NCBI GenBank assembly: GCA_047947115.1
Contig: CP170459.1
Location: 1,280,001-1,344,000 of the forward strand
Length of the DNA: 64,000 bases
Direction: 5' to 3'
Source of the DNA: Verrucomicrobiota bacterium
Lineage (GTDB): Bacteria; Verrucomicrobiota; Verrucomicrobiia; Limisphaerales; AAA164-E04
In this document: positions 10,030-20,016 of the stretch, in pieces
Position numbering within the stretch: the stretch's first letter is position 1
Layout of the letters: every line of letters begins with the position of its first letter
The notes under the pieces: model-generated
What the model was told of the DNA's origin: nothing
The model's database searches: none
The model's input: the letters and a program-made list of their open reading frames with translations, nothing else
Translations under genes and position numbers: made by a program

Positions 10030-10197
10030 GTCCGATTTCCTGAAATCTGGTTTAGTGGAGACTGCTCTTCTTTTCAATGTAATCCTTGAGGAAATGATGC
10101 AGTTGAAACGGTTTTGGTCAGATAAGATTTCGAGAATCTTTTGTCCTTCTTGCAGCACATGGGATTTTTATCCCATTCGATTTTGACAGAAGCATTC

Positions 10198-10596
10198 TTA
10201 ATTCCCAACAAACTGCGGGTGTTTCCAGATGGGCACCCGTTTTTTCATTTCGACGATAAGCCATTCGCACGCTTGGAATGCTTCCTGTCTGTGAGGAGAT
10301 GTCACTTCGACCCACAATGAGGATTCATTGACCGGGACATGGCCGATGCGGTGGATCAAACGGATGGATTCAATCGGCCATTTTTGTTCCACCTCGTCGA
10401 ATATCAATTTAAACTGATGCACAGCCATTTCTTCAAAGGCCTCATATACGATGGCATCAATTTTCCTTCCCTGTTCCCCCTCACGGACGATACCTGAAAA
10501 ATAAACGACAGCGCCCATCTGATGACTCAGGGTTCGTGATGAAACCATGAGGCCCTCATCAATGGGATCTTTGGTCAGTTCAATGGATCGTTTCAT
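10198..10596 (-). CDS. moaE: Molybdopterin synthase catalytic subunit
   Basis: GAVVYFSGIVR, HRIG, SPHRQEAF and VPIWK motifs. Confidence 0.9.
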   Translation of the reverse strand: MKRSIELTKDPIDEGLMVSSRTLSHQMGAVVYFSGIVREGEQGRKIDAIVYEAFEEMAVHQFKLIFDEVEQKWPIESIRLIHRIGHVPVNESSLWVEVTSPHRQEAFQACEWLIVEMKKRVPIWKHPQFVGN

Positions 10597-10620
10597 GATG
10601 ACTACAGTGATGCCCTGGAA

Positions 10621-10869
10621 TCAGCCACCCTGCACCGGAGGAAACAGGGAGATTTCTTCACCTTCAGACAGCACATGATCCGTAGCCACGTACTCCAGGC
10701 CAACCGCTACAAGCGTCGAGCGTTTCATGGATTCCAGTTTGGGAAATTTTTCGCGAACCATTTCCATTGCTTGTTCCAAAGTGGCGCCTTCTTCCAGATC
10801 GATCCTGATTGCCTCGCACCCGGTCAGATCCTTGAAGTAGGAGAAGAAATTGACTTTGATTTCAATCAT
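10621..10869 (-). CDS. moaD: MoaD/ThiS sulfur carrier
   Basis: ~82 aa ending FPPVQGG, directly upstream of moaE. Confidence 0.85.
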   Translation of the reverse strand: MIEIKVNFFSYFKDLTGCEAIRIDLEEGATLEQAMEMVREKFPKLESMKRSTLVAVGLEYVATDHVLSEGEEISLFPPVQGG

Positions 10870-11470
10870 TTGCTGTATGGGTTGCATGAGCATCGAGCAC
10901 GCCGATGAATGGAAGTTGGCGGAATTGCAAGGCAAAGTCCAGTCCGTAACCGACGACAAATTGATCAGGAATGAAAAAACCGACGAAATCCGCATCAACC
11001 GAATGTTCGGAGGGTTGCTGACGTTCTTTTCGCAATAAAACGCAGGTCCGAAGTGACGCGGGTTGGCTCAGGTGCAGCTTGTCGGTTACCTTGCGGAGTG
11101 TTTGGCCCGTATCCAGAATGTCGTCGATCACCAGGACATGCTTTTCTTTCAAATCGATTTGCATCGGATGGGTCCATGAAAGTTCACCCGATGCGACATT
11201 TTTGCCATAACTGGAAACTCCCATGAAATCGAGCTCGAAAGAAAAACGCCAATGGCGTACCAGGTCCGCAGTAAAGAGAAATGCACCTGACAGCAGACTC
11301 AATACCACTACCGGTTTGTCGTCAGGCATGCTTCGATCGATTTCATCCGCCAGTTCGCCCACTCGTTTTTGGATCAATTCTGAAGAAATCATCATCCCCT
11401 TCAGCATATCCGAATTCCAGGATGTCGGAACGGGTTCCAGACGGTTCAGAGTCAGATCAACGGGTTTCAT
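10862..11470 (-). CDS. hpt: Hypoxanthine phosphoribosyltransferase
   Basis: VLVIDDILDTGQTL PRPP motif and FVVGYGLD. Confidence 0.9.
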   Translation of the reverse strand: MKPVDLTLNRLEPVPTSWNSDMLKGMMISSELIQKRVGELADEIDRSMPDDKPVVVLSLLSGAFLFTADLVRHWRFSFELDFMGVSSYGKNVASGELSWTHPMQIDLKEKHVLVIDDILDTGQTLRKVTDKLHLSQPASLRTCVLLRKERQQPSEHSVDADFVGFFIPDQFVVGYGLDFALQFRQLPFIGVLDAHATHTAND

Positions 11471-11485
11471 GACAATTCAATGGCT

Positions 11486-13534
11486 TCAAAAATCAAGCGA
11501 CGCTTTCAGCGCATCAAACATGGCGCTGCCTTTCTCCTGACTTGCTGGTCTGTGAAAAACACTGTCCACATGATCAACACATTCTTCCGGTAGCTCTGTC
11601 AGGAAGCGCGACGGGTGACTGGGGACAATCTGACCGTATTTCTTCCGGCTTTCACAATGGCTGATGGTCAACGATTCCATGGCCCGCGTAATGGCCACAT
11701 AAAAAAGGCGCCGTTCCTCATCCAGAGTTCCTTCCTCGACAGACCTGGTGTGGGGAAGGAGTCCCTGTTCCATCCCTACGATGTGTACGTGCGGATATTC
11801 CAGCCCCTTGCAACTGTGCATGGTGATCAGAGTGACTGCATCGGGAAGATCATCCTCGTTTTCAAAACGATCCTGGTCCAGCGTGATTTCCTCCAGAAAA
11901 CGGATCAATCTTGCTTCTCCGGTAACCGTCCCCAGAGCATCGGTCAGGCTGTCGATTGAGGAAAGGAGTTCATGCGCACTTTGCAGTCTGTTTTCCGCCA
12001 CTTTTGGATCTTTCTCCGAATGTTCCAGATCGACAAAGTAACCGGTTTGCTCAAGAAACCCTTTCGCCCACGCTGCGACATTGCCTTGTCCTTCTTCCTG
12101 CAGGAACTGACGGCACCCCTCTATGAACTCAATGAATGATTGGGCACTCTTGCGTGCTGCCGTGTGCAAACGGTCCAATACGTCGGTGTGCTTCATGACC
12201 GCGTACACCGAGGTTTTACGATCCTGACTGATCTGCAGGAGCGTTTGCATCGTTTTGGCGCTCAAACCCCGGGCCGGTACGTTGGCGATACGCAGTAGAC
12301 TGATGTCGTCATCGGGGTTGATCATGACTTTCAGATAGGCCAGCACATCCTTCACTTCCCGTCGATCAAAGTAGCTTTGACTGCCAACGAGCCGGTATTT
12401 CACCTTGGCGCTGCGCAAGGCGGTTTCGATGGGTCTGGCCTGTAGATTGGTGCGAAAGAGAATGGCCTGTTCCTTCCAGGGGATGTGGGTGGAGATGCGT
12501 TGCACCTCGATTTCCTCCACAATGCCATTCGCTTCCTCTTCGTCGGTTTCGAACAGGATCAACCGGATCGGTGTGCCATGTCCTTTTTGGGACCAAAGGG
12601 TTTTGTCTTTTCGGAGTGGATTGTTTCGGATGACGCCATTGGCGGCGTTCAAAATGGTGCTTGTTGAGCGATAATTCTGTTCGAGTTTGACGACTTTGAC
12701 CTCTGGATAATGATCCTCAAGATTCAACAAGTTGGCGATTTCCGCGCCACGCCATCCATAGATACTCTGATCGTCGTCGCCCACCACGCACAAGTTGCGA
12801 TGCTCCGAGGTCAACGCGTGAATGAGTTGGAATTGTTTCCCGTTTGTGTCCTGGTATTCGTCCACCATGACATAGCGATACATTTCCCTGCAGGCTGTCA
12901 AAGCCTCCGGATGCTCTTCAAAGAGCCGCAATGTCAGAATGATCAAATCATCGAAATCAACCGCGTTACACGCTTGAAGAGCCGTGTTGTAACGCTCCAT
13001 CAATCTTTGGGCGAGTTTGGCGGTGGAGGGATCCAGCCCCAGAGCGTCCAGCGATGAGGTATTTCTCAATCGACTCAGGAAACCAAGCCATTCTGCAGGT
13101 TTGATGTTGATATTGCTTTTGCTCCAGTCGCTCGTCAGTTTGCGAATCACACCAATCTGATCTGATTGATCGTAGATCACGAAATTCCGCTTGTACCCCA
13201 GTTTGTCGATGTAACGTCTCAATACCCGGACGCAGAATGAATGGAACGTGCAGATGGTCGGCTTGGTGTGGGCCGGCCCATCCTGCTTCGACGGGGATTT
13301 TTTCCTGGGTAGCAGCGCCCGGACACGTTCCTGCATCTCGCGCGCCGCTTTGTTGGTGAAAGTCACCGCCAGGATGTTGTGCGGCATCACACCCTTCTGT
13401 TGCAGATAGGCGATGCGATGGGTGATGACACGGGTCTTCCCCGTGCCCGCCCCGGCAAGAATCAATACGGGTCCGTGTGTGGTTTGAACGGCTTCTCTTT
13501 GTTGCGGATTGAGCTTGTTCAGCCACATGGACAC
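11486..13534 (-). CDS. UvrD/Rep/PcrA family SF1 DNA helicase
   Basis: AGAGTGKT, VDEYQDTN, VGDDDQSIYGWRGA, LEQNYRS, EERRLFYVAITRA. Confidence 0.95.
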   Translation of the reverse strand: MSMWLNKLNPQQREAVQTTHGPVLILAGAGTGKTRVITHRIAYLQQKGVMPHNILAVTFTNKAAREMQERVRALLPRKKSPSKQDGPAHTKPTICTFHSFCVRVLRRYIDKLGYKRNFVIYDQSDQIGVIRKLTSDWSKSNINIKPAEWLGFLSRLRNTSSLDALGLDPSTAKLAQRLMERYNTALQACNAVDFDDLIILTLRLFEEHPEALTACREMYRYVMVDEYQDTNGKQFQLIHALTSEHRNLCVVGDDDQSIYGWRGAEIANLLNLEDHYPEVKVVKLEQNYRSTSTILNAANGVIRNNPLRKDKTLWSQKGHGTPIRLILFETDEEEANGIVEEIEVQRISTHIPWKEQAILFRTNLQARPIETALRSAKVKYRLVGSQSYFDRREVKDVLAYLKVMINPDDDISLLRIANVPARGLSAKTMQTLLQISQDRKTSVYAVMKHTDVLDRLHTAARKSAQSFIEFIEGCRQFLQEEGQGNVAAWAKGFLEQTGYFVDLEHSEKDPKVAENRLQSAHELLSSIDSLTDALGTVTGEARLIRFLEEITLDQDRFENEDDLPDAVTLITMHSCKGLEYPHVHIVGMEQGLLPHTRSVEEGTLDEERRLFYVAITRAMESLTISHCESRKKYGQIVPSHPSRFLTELPEECVDHVDSVFHRPASQEKGSAMFDALKASLDF

Positions 13535-13578
13535 ACTGTTCTAGGCAAACATGCTTTGGGTCAACGCTTGACTGGAAG

Positions 13579-16500
13579 TCAGGCCCCAAAGACGTTCAGC
13601 GGTTGCACTCCGATGGTTCCGTTCAGGAAATCCAGGTAATCCGGTTTGGCGACATCGGCTCGATTGGCTTTGGCCTCCTCCAGTCGTTCGGTCAGCTGAA
13701 GACGTTGTGCTTCCTCTTTGTAGCTGATCTTTGCCAAAAACGTCTTGAGATAATCGATATGCCGTTCCCACAAAGCGATTTCCAGTTTTTGTTTGGTTTT
13801 CAGTCTTTCAATGTACCAATCACTCTTCATGAGATGGTCGCGAGTGAACAACTTCCGAATTTCGGGATCATTCAATGTTTTTCCTTCGTAGGATCCTTCC
13901 ACCATGATGGTCAACAAGGCTTTCAAAGGAGGGCAGGCCGCGTCGATGCTTCTGTCATCAATATAGAGCAGCCCCACCCGCTTCTGCGTGGCTTCGATAT
14001 TGTCCAAACCGTCCACAAAAGTCTCTACACCCTGCAACTCAGGTTGCAGCATTTCTTTCGTGAATACCTTGTGAGGGTGATTGAAGACGCGTCCGAAAAA
14101 GTCGCGGACAAATTTCATGTTGATGCGATATCCCAGTCGGCTGAAGAACAGGGTTCTTCCTGCGTGTTCGACATCCTCGCATTTTTCCAGATAGCCATTC
14201 TCGATCAGATAGGATGCGTGACGTTCCTCATCCTTCATTCGACACCACACTTCCGGGATCAACATGCTGATATCATGTGCCACTTCTACGTTGGGGCCGA
14301 TATAACCGGCAGCCGTAACAAAACCGTCGTGTCCGGTGAGGATCATGGACACCAGGGCGTTGTTCAAATCAATGATCGGCGGCAAGGCATTGAACGGTCC
14401 CTTGGTCAGTGCGCCTTCCGAACCCGCTCCAGTGGTGGAAGGGGATTTTCCGGTCATGCTGCAGATGTACTCAATGAAAAGTTCCGGCAGATCCATGTAG
14501 TGGATGGGATTATAGACTGCCAACGGGCGGATGCCTGCATTGGCGTCGGCAGGGTTGTTGCGTCGGCCGGGAACCACCGCGTCCACCACTGAATACAGGG
14601 GATGGGTCCTATCCAGCTTTCGATGAAGTCGCATGGACATTTCTTCAAGATGGCAGGCGCGTTCGTTGATGAGGTCGGGACGGATTTCCAAATACCTGGG
14701 GTTTTTTGTAGGCTTGCCATTTACCATTCTGGGATGGGCGCTGCTCACAAAGTAGGTGGGCTTTTCGGATGCCTGTGCGCTTTTCACCAGATCCTGCATG
14801 GGTTGGGTGTATTGGTAGAACCCGATGGCGTCCTCGATGATGGCATCTGCATCTTCTTTTTTCAACGGTTCGAAGTTGGAAATAAAATTGCCCGTTTGTG
14901 CCAGATCCGCCTCTGCATGTTTGTCGTAACCCCGGATGATGGCGTCATCCGGTCTTTGGAAGAATCGGTATTCACAGTTTTTGATAAACTTGACCGAGCG
15001 ATCGTGATGATCAGGCATCACTCCTTCCAGATTTTTGTGGGAGACGACCACGCTTGCGGTGATGTCATCTTCCAGCGATTGTTTGGCGGCCGGATGGAAA
15101 TCTTTTCGAAGGCCGAACGTTCTCCAAAGTCCGTTGTCTTGAAAACCGACACGCAGGTAATTGGTGACCAGTTTACGGTTGTCACACTTCAGTTCGTTTC
15201 CGGGTTTACCATTGATGAGGTCGACCGTGAAATGTTCACGCCAGCCAGCTCCCCATTCGGGCCTGTAATAACGTTTCAGAACGAAGACAAGTTCTTTGAC
15301 ATATTGGGGAATGGACTCGAGCCAAGCGTTGTACTCGTCCGTATAGTCCTTGGCGGCCGGCGTCAACAATTTGATGACCGATCCCAGGGATCTTTCAGGG
15401 CTTAGAATGCCCCTTTGATCCTTCCGCGAACTGTCGCGGAAACGGTCGGAATAATCTTTTGCCAGGATTTCATCGACTTTTTCCAGATCTGGATGGATGT
15501 CAGCCACGATGACGGGGCCCTGAATGATGGCATCCGTGATGGGTTTGGATATTTCGGATTTGCCCCCACCGGAAACCGTGCATGGTTTGTGGCAAAGCAG
15601 GCCTTCCGCGACGGTACCCACCAGTCGCCAGGAGCGGTTGCCGGGAGGTTTTTCCATTTGAACCTTGTAACCTGAAGGGCGCACATAAGTTTTACCCACC
15701 AGAAGGCTTATGGATTGTTCACCTTCGTCATTCGTCCATGTAACCTTCTGTTGATGCAGGTCGAAGTGAACGTTTTCGGCTACATAGATGATGTCCGGAA
15801 ACCGTTTATCCACCGCATAACCCTCCGGTTTGGCATCCATGACATCCGCGAACCTTTCCACCATGTCCTTGAAGCTGTGACCGCGTCGTTTGACGTGCAG
15901 GTGTCCGCTGAATTCCTCGCCCAGATCGTAGCTGGGATATACCATGGCGCCTCCTGCATGCTCTTCTTCCGCCAAACCGTACAAGTTTGCCGAATAACTG
16001 ATCTGGGTTTTTACTTCCTTTTTGCAATAGCCGAAATAGTTGTCGGCAATGATGGTGACCATCACCCCTTTTTCATCGCGGGCGCAAAGTTTGAAAGCCG
16101 TGCCGCCGTTGTAGCGTTCATCCGGATCTTTCCAGCACATGCCTTGTTCACGTTGTTTTTCGGTGGCGTCGTCATAGTGAGGGAGCCCGGCGTCTTTCTT
16201 TTTGACCCGTGTCAGATGCGGTGCAAGGATCACGCAACCGGTGTGCCCGGTCCAGTGGTGCACATCCAATCCGGCATCATTTTCGGGTAGCTGAGGATCG
16301 CCGGCGTTGCCAAAAATACTTTCCACAAAGTCCAGATTGCTAACCAGATTTCCGGGGGCGAAAAATCGAATTTCACTGCGTTTCTCCTTGATGACTCCAG
16401 GCACCTCCGGCACGACCAGGGGACGCAGTAGTAAAGAAACAAAACATTCGGCTTTTGTTTCCAAATTGCTCGTGAACGGCAGTTGCATCAGGGAGGAAGG

Positions 16501-17037
16501 CGGTTGAAGGGCAAAACCGAGCATCCGGTTGAATGTGATCAATGGAACCGCGATCTTGTCTGCGGGTACGGGCAAACCGGCATCCGCTATATGGAACACA
16601 CCTTTTGTCGTGCGCCGATCATTGACCGGATTGTGTAATACCCCCTGTCGGATGCGGTAGGATTGTATGATGTCCGAATCGAAACGATCCTCATTCACCG
16701 GAAGGGACAAGGTGCGTGCAACGCCATGCCTGTCCAGAACGAATGATTTTGAAGGTAATCGGGGGACATCGCCCGTTTCATAAAGGAATTCATTCAACCA
16801 TTGCTGAATGCGCCAGTCGGCCGGACAAAGGTAATTTGAAAGCAGGCGCTCCTGTTCGCGGTGGTTGGCAATGAGCGATTCGGCAACATCATGGAATGGG
16901 GAATCACTTTTCGCAGGCACCGTGGAACAGCCCATGGCGGCCAATTTCAAATTGATGTAATCAACCATGTAGTCGTCGGGATACACCTCGTTGGATGCAT
17001 GTAGTCCGATCGCTTTTTGTAAATTAATGGAACTCAT
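13579..17037 (-). CDS. Probable pyrophosphate-dependent phosphoenolpyruvate carboxykinase
   Basis: 1152 aa; DRRTTKGVFH, DNYFGYCKKEVKTQIS, CHKPCTVSGGGKSEISK and GKSPSTTGAGSEGALTKGPFN match my recollection of the PPi-PEPCK family. Confidence 0.8.
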   Translation of the reverse strand: MSSINLQKAIGLHASNEVYPDDYMVDYINLKLAAMGCSTVPAKSDSPFHDVAESLIANHREQERLLSNYLCPADWRIQQWLNEFLYETGDVPRLPSKSFVLDRHGVARTLSLPVNEDRFDSDIIQSYRIRQGVLHNPVNDRRTTKGVFHIADAGLPVPADKIAVPLITFNRMLGFALQPPSSLMQLPFTSNLETKAECFVSLLLRPLVVPEVPGVIKEKRSEIRFFAPGNLVSNLDFVESIFGNAGDPQLPENDAGLDVHHWTGHTGCVILAPHLTRVKKKDAGLPHYDDATEKQREQGMCWKDPDERYNGGTAFKLCARDEKGVMVTIIADNYFGYCKKEVKTQISYSANLYGLAEEEHAGGAMVYPSYDLGEEFSGHLHVKRRGHSFKDMVERFADVMDAKPEGYAVDKRFPDIIYVAENVHFDLHQQKVTWTNDEGEQSISLLVGKTYVRPSGYKVQMEKPPGNRSWRLVGTVAEGLLCHKPCTVSGGGKSEISKPITDAIIQGPVIVADIHPDLEKVDEILAKDYSDRFRDSSRKDQRGILSPERSLGSVIKLLTPAAKDYTDEYNAWLESIPQYVKELVFVLKRYYRPEWGAGWREHFTVDLINGKPGNELKCDNRKLVTNYLRVGFQDNGLWRTFGLRKDFHPAAKQSLEDDITASVVVSHKNLEGVMPDHHDRSVKFIKNCEYRFFQRPDDAIIRGYDKHAEADLAQTGNFISNFEPLKKEDADAIIEDAIGFYQYTQPMQDLVKSAQASEKPTYFVSSAHPRMVNGKPTKNPRYLEIRPDLINERACHLEEMSMRLHRKLDRTHPLYSVVDAVVPGRRNNPADANAGIRPLAVYNPIHYMDLPELFIEYICSMTGKSPSTTGAGSEGALTKGPFNALPPIIDLNNALVSMILTGHDGFVTAAGYIGPNVEVAHDISMLIPEVWCRMKDEERHASYLIENGYLEKCEDVEHAGRTLFFSRLGYRINMKFVRDFFGRVFNHPHKVFTKEMLQPELQGVETFVDGLDNIEATQKRVGLLYIDDRSIDAACPPLKALLTIMVEGSYEGKTLNDPEIRKLFTRDHLMKSDWYIERLKTKQKLEIALWERHIDYLKTFLAKISYKEEAQRLQLTERLEEAKANRADVAKPDYLDFLNGTIGVQPLNVFGA

Positions 17038-17208
17038 TGTCTAATGCGGATTGGCGATTTTAATTTTGGCTACTTTTAAGCCAAACTGGTGGTTATTCTA
17101 AAGGAATCCTCACCCATTAGCAAGTGCCCCACGATCAAAGATTGGTTTGTCACAGTTTTTTGACATTTTTAGTGGTTCCGACCTTCGTGCCATTGATATG
17201 GTTCGCCT

Positions 17209-17946
17209 GTGCTTTTGGAAATACGATGGCGTCCGGATACGTTGATTCGCTTTTTTGCCATGCTGCTGTTTTGTTTTGGAATCAGCGGCGTTGCAGGTTT
17301 CTGGATGTACAAAGCTATTGACGCCGGGTTGCCTCTGGACGAAAAGACCGGAGCCATTTTGATCAATGTATTCTTCCTCGATTTCGGAATCCTGGCCATC
17401 ACCTGGATGTTGCTGAAGGACAATCAGATCGGATGGCGGCAGGCTTTCGGGTTTTCAAAGGATAAAATCGGTGCGATGGGTGTGCTTGCCCTGCTGACAG
17501 CTATTGGGGGATTTTTTATGGCAGCCATGCTGGGTGGGGTGATGACCGTGATTCTGGAGTCTTTGGGTTTTGAGGTATCGCCGCAGGAAGTGGTGGACAC
17601 TTTTCAGAACACCGAAAGTTTGTTCCAACGCATTCTACTTGGAGGCATGGCGGTATTGTTGGCTCCGATCGTGGAAGAAATTTTATTCAGAGGCGTTCTT
17701 TATTCCGTGATGCGCCAATATTTACCCGGCGTTTGGGCGGTGTGGGGAAGTTCGTTTCTCTTCGGCTTGGTGCATGCCAACAAAGTCAGCTTGATCCCCT
17801 TGACCTGTCTTGCGGTGGTTTTGATTCGACTTTATGAAAAGACAGGCAATTTATGGGCTCCCATCATGGCACACGCGTTTTTTAATTCCATCAACCTGTG
17901 CCTGATGCTTATGGTGCCAGAAATGATTGAAATGAACACGCCATGA
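17209..17946 (+). CDS. CPBP (CAAX/Abi) intramembrane glutamic endopeptidase
   Basis: EEILFRG, FGLVH and HAFFN motifs; multiple TM helices; start uncertain. Confidence 0.85.
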   Translation: MLLEIRWRPDTLIRFFAMLLFCFGISGVAGFWMYKAIDAGLPLDEKTGAILINVFFLDFGILAITWMLLKDNQIGWRQAFGFSKDKIGAMGVLALLTAIGGFFMAAMLGGVMTVILESLGFEVSPQEVVDTFQNTESLFQRILLGGMAVLLAPIVEEILFRGVLYSVMRQYLPGVWAVWGSSFLFGLVHANKVSLIPLTCLAVVLIRLYEKTGNLWAPIMAHAFFNSINLCLMLMVPEMIEMNTP

Positions 17947-18875
17947 GTCGGGAAATCAAATTAATCCAGTCCATCATCGAGAAGCTTCCCATCCGCGAAG
18001 ACACCGTTGTCGGCGCGGGGGATGATTGCGCTGTGATTGACACCGCGGGGGACATGCAGTTGTTGTTTAAAACCGATGCGATCGTCGAGGGTATTCATTT
18101 CACGGGGGATCATCCACCGGAAAAGGTCGGATACAAAGCCCTGGCTCGGGCCTTGAGCGATGTTGCCGCCATGGGAGGCAGTCCAAATAGCGCGGTCATC
18201 ACCATCGGATTACCCAGGGATTATGATGAGGCCTGGGTCATGGGCTTTTATCAGGGTTTGAATCAATTGGCACAGACATTTGGTGTCGCCGTGGTCGGGG
18301 GGGAAACCGTTTGTTCACCGGACCGGATTTTTTGTTCGGTTGCACTCACCGGCAATGTGAGCAGAGGCAAAGCCGTCCGTCGATCGACCGCTCGAGTGCG
18401 CGATGCGGTGTTTGTGACCGGTGAACTGGGGGGATCCATCGATGGAAAACATCTGGACTTCGTTCCCAGAATCAAGGAAGCCGCCTGGTTGGTGAAACAT
18501 TTCGATGTGCACGCGATGATTGATCTCAGTGACGGTCTGGCCGGCGACATCCAGCACATCTGCCGTTCCAGCGGCGTGGGCGCCGAGTTGTGGGGTGCAT
18601 ACCTGCCTGTGAGCCGAGCCGCGAAATTGCGCGCCAGGAAGGGCGACACCGCCAAACCCGCGGTTGCGGCTGCCATGACCGATGGTGAAGATTTTGAATT
18701 GTTGTTCTGCGTGGATCCTGCCGAGGCGGTTTCATTGAAAGACAAATGGAGGCAAGTTTTTCCCGACACCCCCATCAGTTGCATCGGCAAGATCATCGAA
18801 CAACCCGAAGTCCTGTTCAAAGATCAAAACGGCATTCGTCCTCTGCGCTGGCATGGTTACGATCACTTCCAATAG
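17943..18875 (+). CDS. thiL: Thiamine-monophosphate kinase
   Basis: GDDCA, LSDVAAMG, IDLSDGL and GEDFELLF. Confidence 0.93.
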   Translation: MSREIKLIQSIIEKLPIREDTVVGAGDDCAVIDTAGDMQLLFKTDAIVEGIHFTGDHPPEKVGYKALARALSDVAAMGGSPNSAVITIGLPRDYDEAWVMGFYQGLNQLAQTFGVAVVGGETVCSPDRIFCSVALTGNVSRGKAVRRSTARVRDAVFVTGELGGSIDGKHLDFVPRIKEAAWLVKHFDVHAMIDLSDGLAGDIQHICRSSGVGAELWGAYLPVSRAAKLRARKGDTAKPAVAAAMTDGEDFELLFCVDPAEAVSLKDKWRQVFPDTPISCIGKIIEQPEVLFKDQNGIRPLRWHGYDHFQ

Positions 18876-19314
18876 TCCTGAAGAAACCCATGCACTCGGC
18901 ATCCAATGGGCCGGCGAAATGGAACAGGGCTGGATTGTCGGTCTTTCCGGCGACTTGGGAGCTGGAAAAACCCAGCTGGTCAAAGGCCTCGCCGAGGGAT
19001 GGAAGATTCAGGACCGTGTCGCTTCTCCCACTTTTACCTTGATACACGAATATCGCGCCGAAAAGGGAACCATCTTTCACCTGGATCTCTACCGCCTTGA
19101 AACACCTGATGCCATATGGGACGCTGGCATGGCGGAATATCTTCGCTCCCCCATGCCGGGATGGGTGATGGTGGAATGGATCGATCGTTGGACATTGGAA
19201 TCCCTGCAACAGCAAACGCGTGTCCCCGATGTAAGAAGACCTTTCCGATGGGTGCACATCGAAGGGGATCTGGAAGAGCAACGCACGATATCGTATGAAG
19301 ATTTTAGGAATTGA
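18853..19314 (+). CDS. tsaE: tRNA threonylcarbamoyladenosine biosynthesis ATPase
   Basis: LSGDLGAGKT, SPTFTL and HLDLYRL. Confidence 0.93.
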   Translation: MVTITSNSPEETHALGIQWAGEMEQGWIVGLSGDLGAGKTQLVKGLAEGWKIQDRVASPTFTLIHEYRAEKGTIFHLDLYRLETPDAIWDAGMAEYLRSPMPGWVMVEWIDRWTLESLQQQTRVPDVRRPFRWVHIEGDLEEQRTISYEDFRN

Positions 19315-20005
19315 ATGGTCCTCTTCACTGAGAACCTTGGCATTTGGACAATGGTCGGCGGATGGCGGCATGTGCGTCCTGTCCATGGCTCAGTTGCCGG
19401 AAGGACGTGATTCGCGTTACTTCCAGACATTTCAAAAGATTTCCAGGGAGACTGGCGTCATGAAATCAGATATCCATGCGGTGGTGGTAGGGATCGGCCC
19501 GGGTTCGTATGCCGGCATTCGTTCAGCCATCTCGGTGGCCTATGGTTGGCACTTGGCCAATGACGCCAAACTGATAGGACTTTCCAGCGCGCAGGTGATG
19601 GCCCGAAAGGCTTTCGAACTTACTGGTCAAAAATCATTGCACACCCTTATTGATGCCCAACGTGGGGAATGTTACCACGCTCAATTCCGGCAAATGACGG
19701 ATGGTTCAGCAAGGGAAGTTGAGCCTCTGGCCATCAAAGGAACGGAACAATTGGCTTCCTTTGTTCAAACAGGTGCGTGCGTCGTGGGTGAGGATGTCCG
19801 TCGTTGGTTTCCGGAAGGTACCGCTGCAAGCGTGGAAAGCATCGACGTTCTTCCCGATGCGGCATCCTTGCTTAAGGAAGCTTCCGGGCTGATCAACCAA
19901 CCGGGATGCGAAAGACTGGAACCCATTTACCTGAGACCCACCTCCTTCGTCAAAGCACCACCCAGTCGTATACCGCTTTCGGAGGAAGAGCTGAACCATC
20001 TCTAA
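19295..20005 (+). CDS. tsaB: tRNA threonylcarbamoyl transferase complex subunit
   Basis: GIGPGSYAGIR, IDAQRGE and EPIYLR; follows tsaE. Confidence 0.9.
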   Translation: MKILGIEWSSSLRTLAFGQWSADGGMCVLSMAQLPEGRDSRYFQTFQKISRETGVMKSDIHAVVVGIGPGSYAGIRSAISVAYGWHLANDAKLIGLSSAQVMARKAFELTGQKSLHTLIDAQRGECYHAQFRQMTDGSAREVEPLAIKGTEQLASFVQTGACVVGEDVRRWFPEGTAASVESIDVLPDAASLLKEASGLINQPGCERLEPIYLRPTSFVKAPPSRIPLSEEELNHL

Positions 20006-20016
20006 AGGAGTTTCCG

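Noticed and set aside
13603..16290. Long plus-strand ORFs (329, 267 and 191 aa)
   Set aside because: They are antisense shadows of the PEPCK gene with no recognisable motifs.
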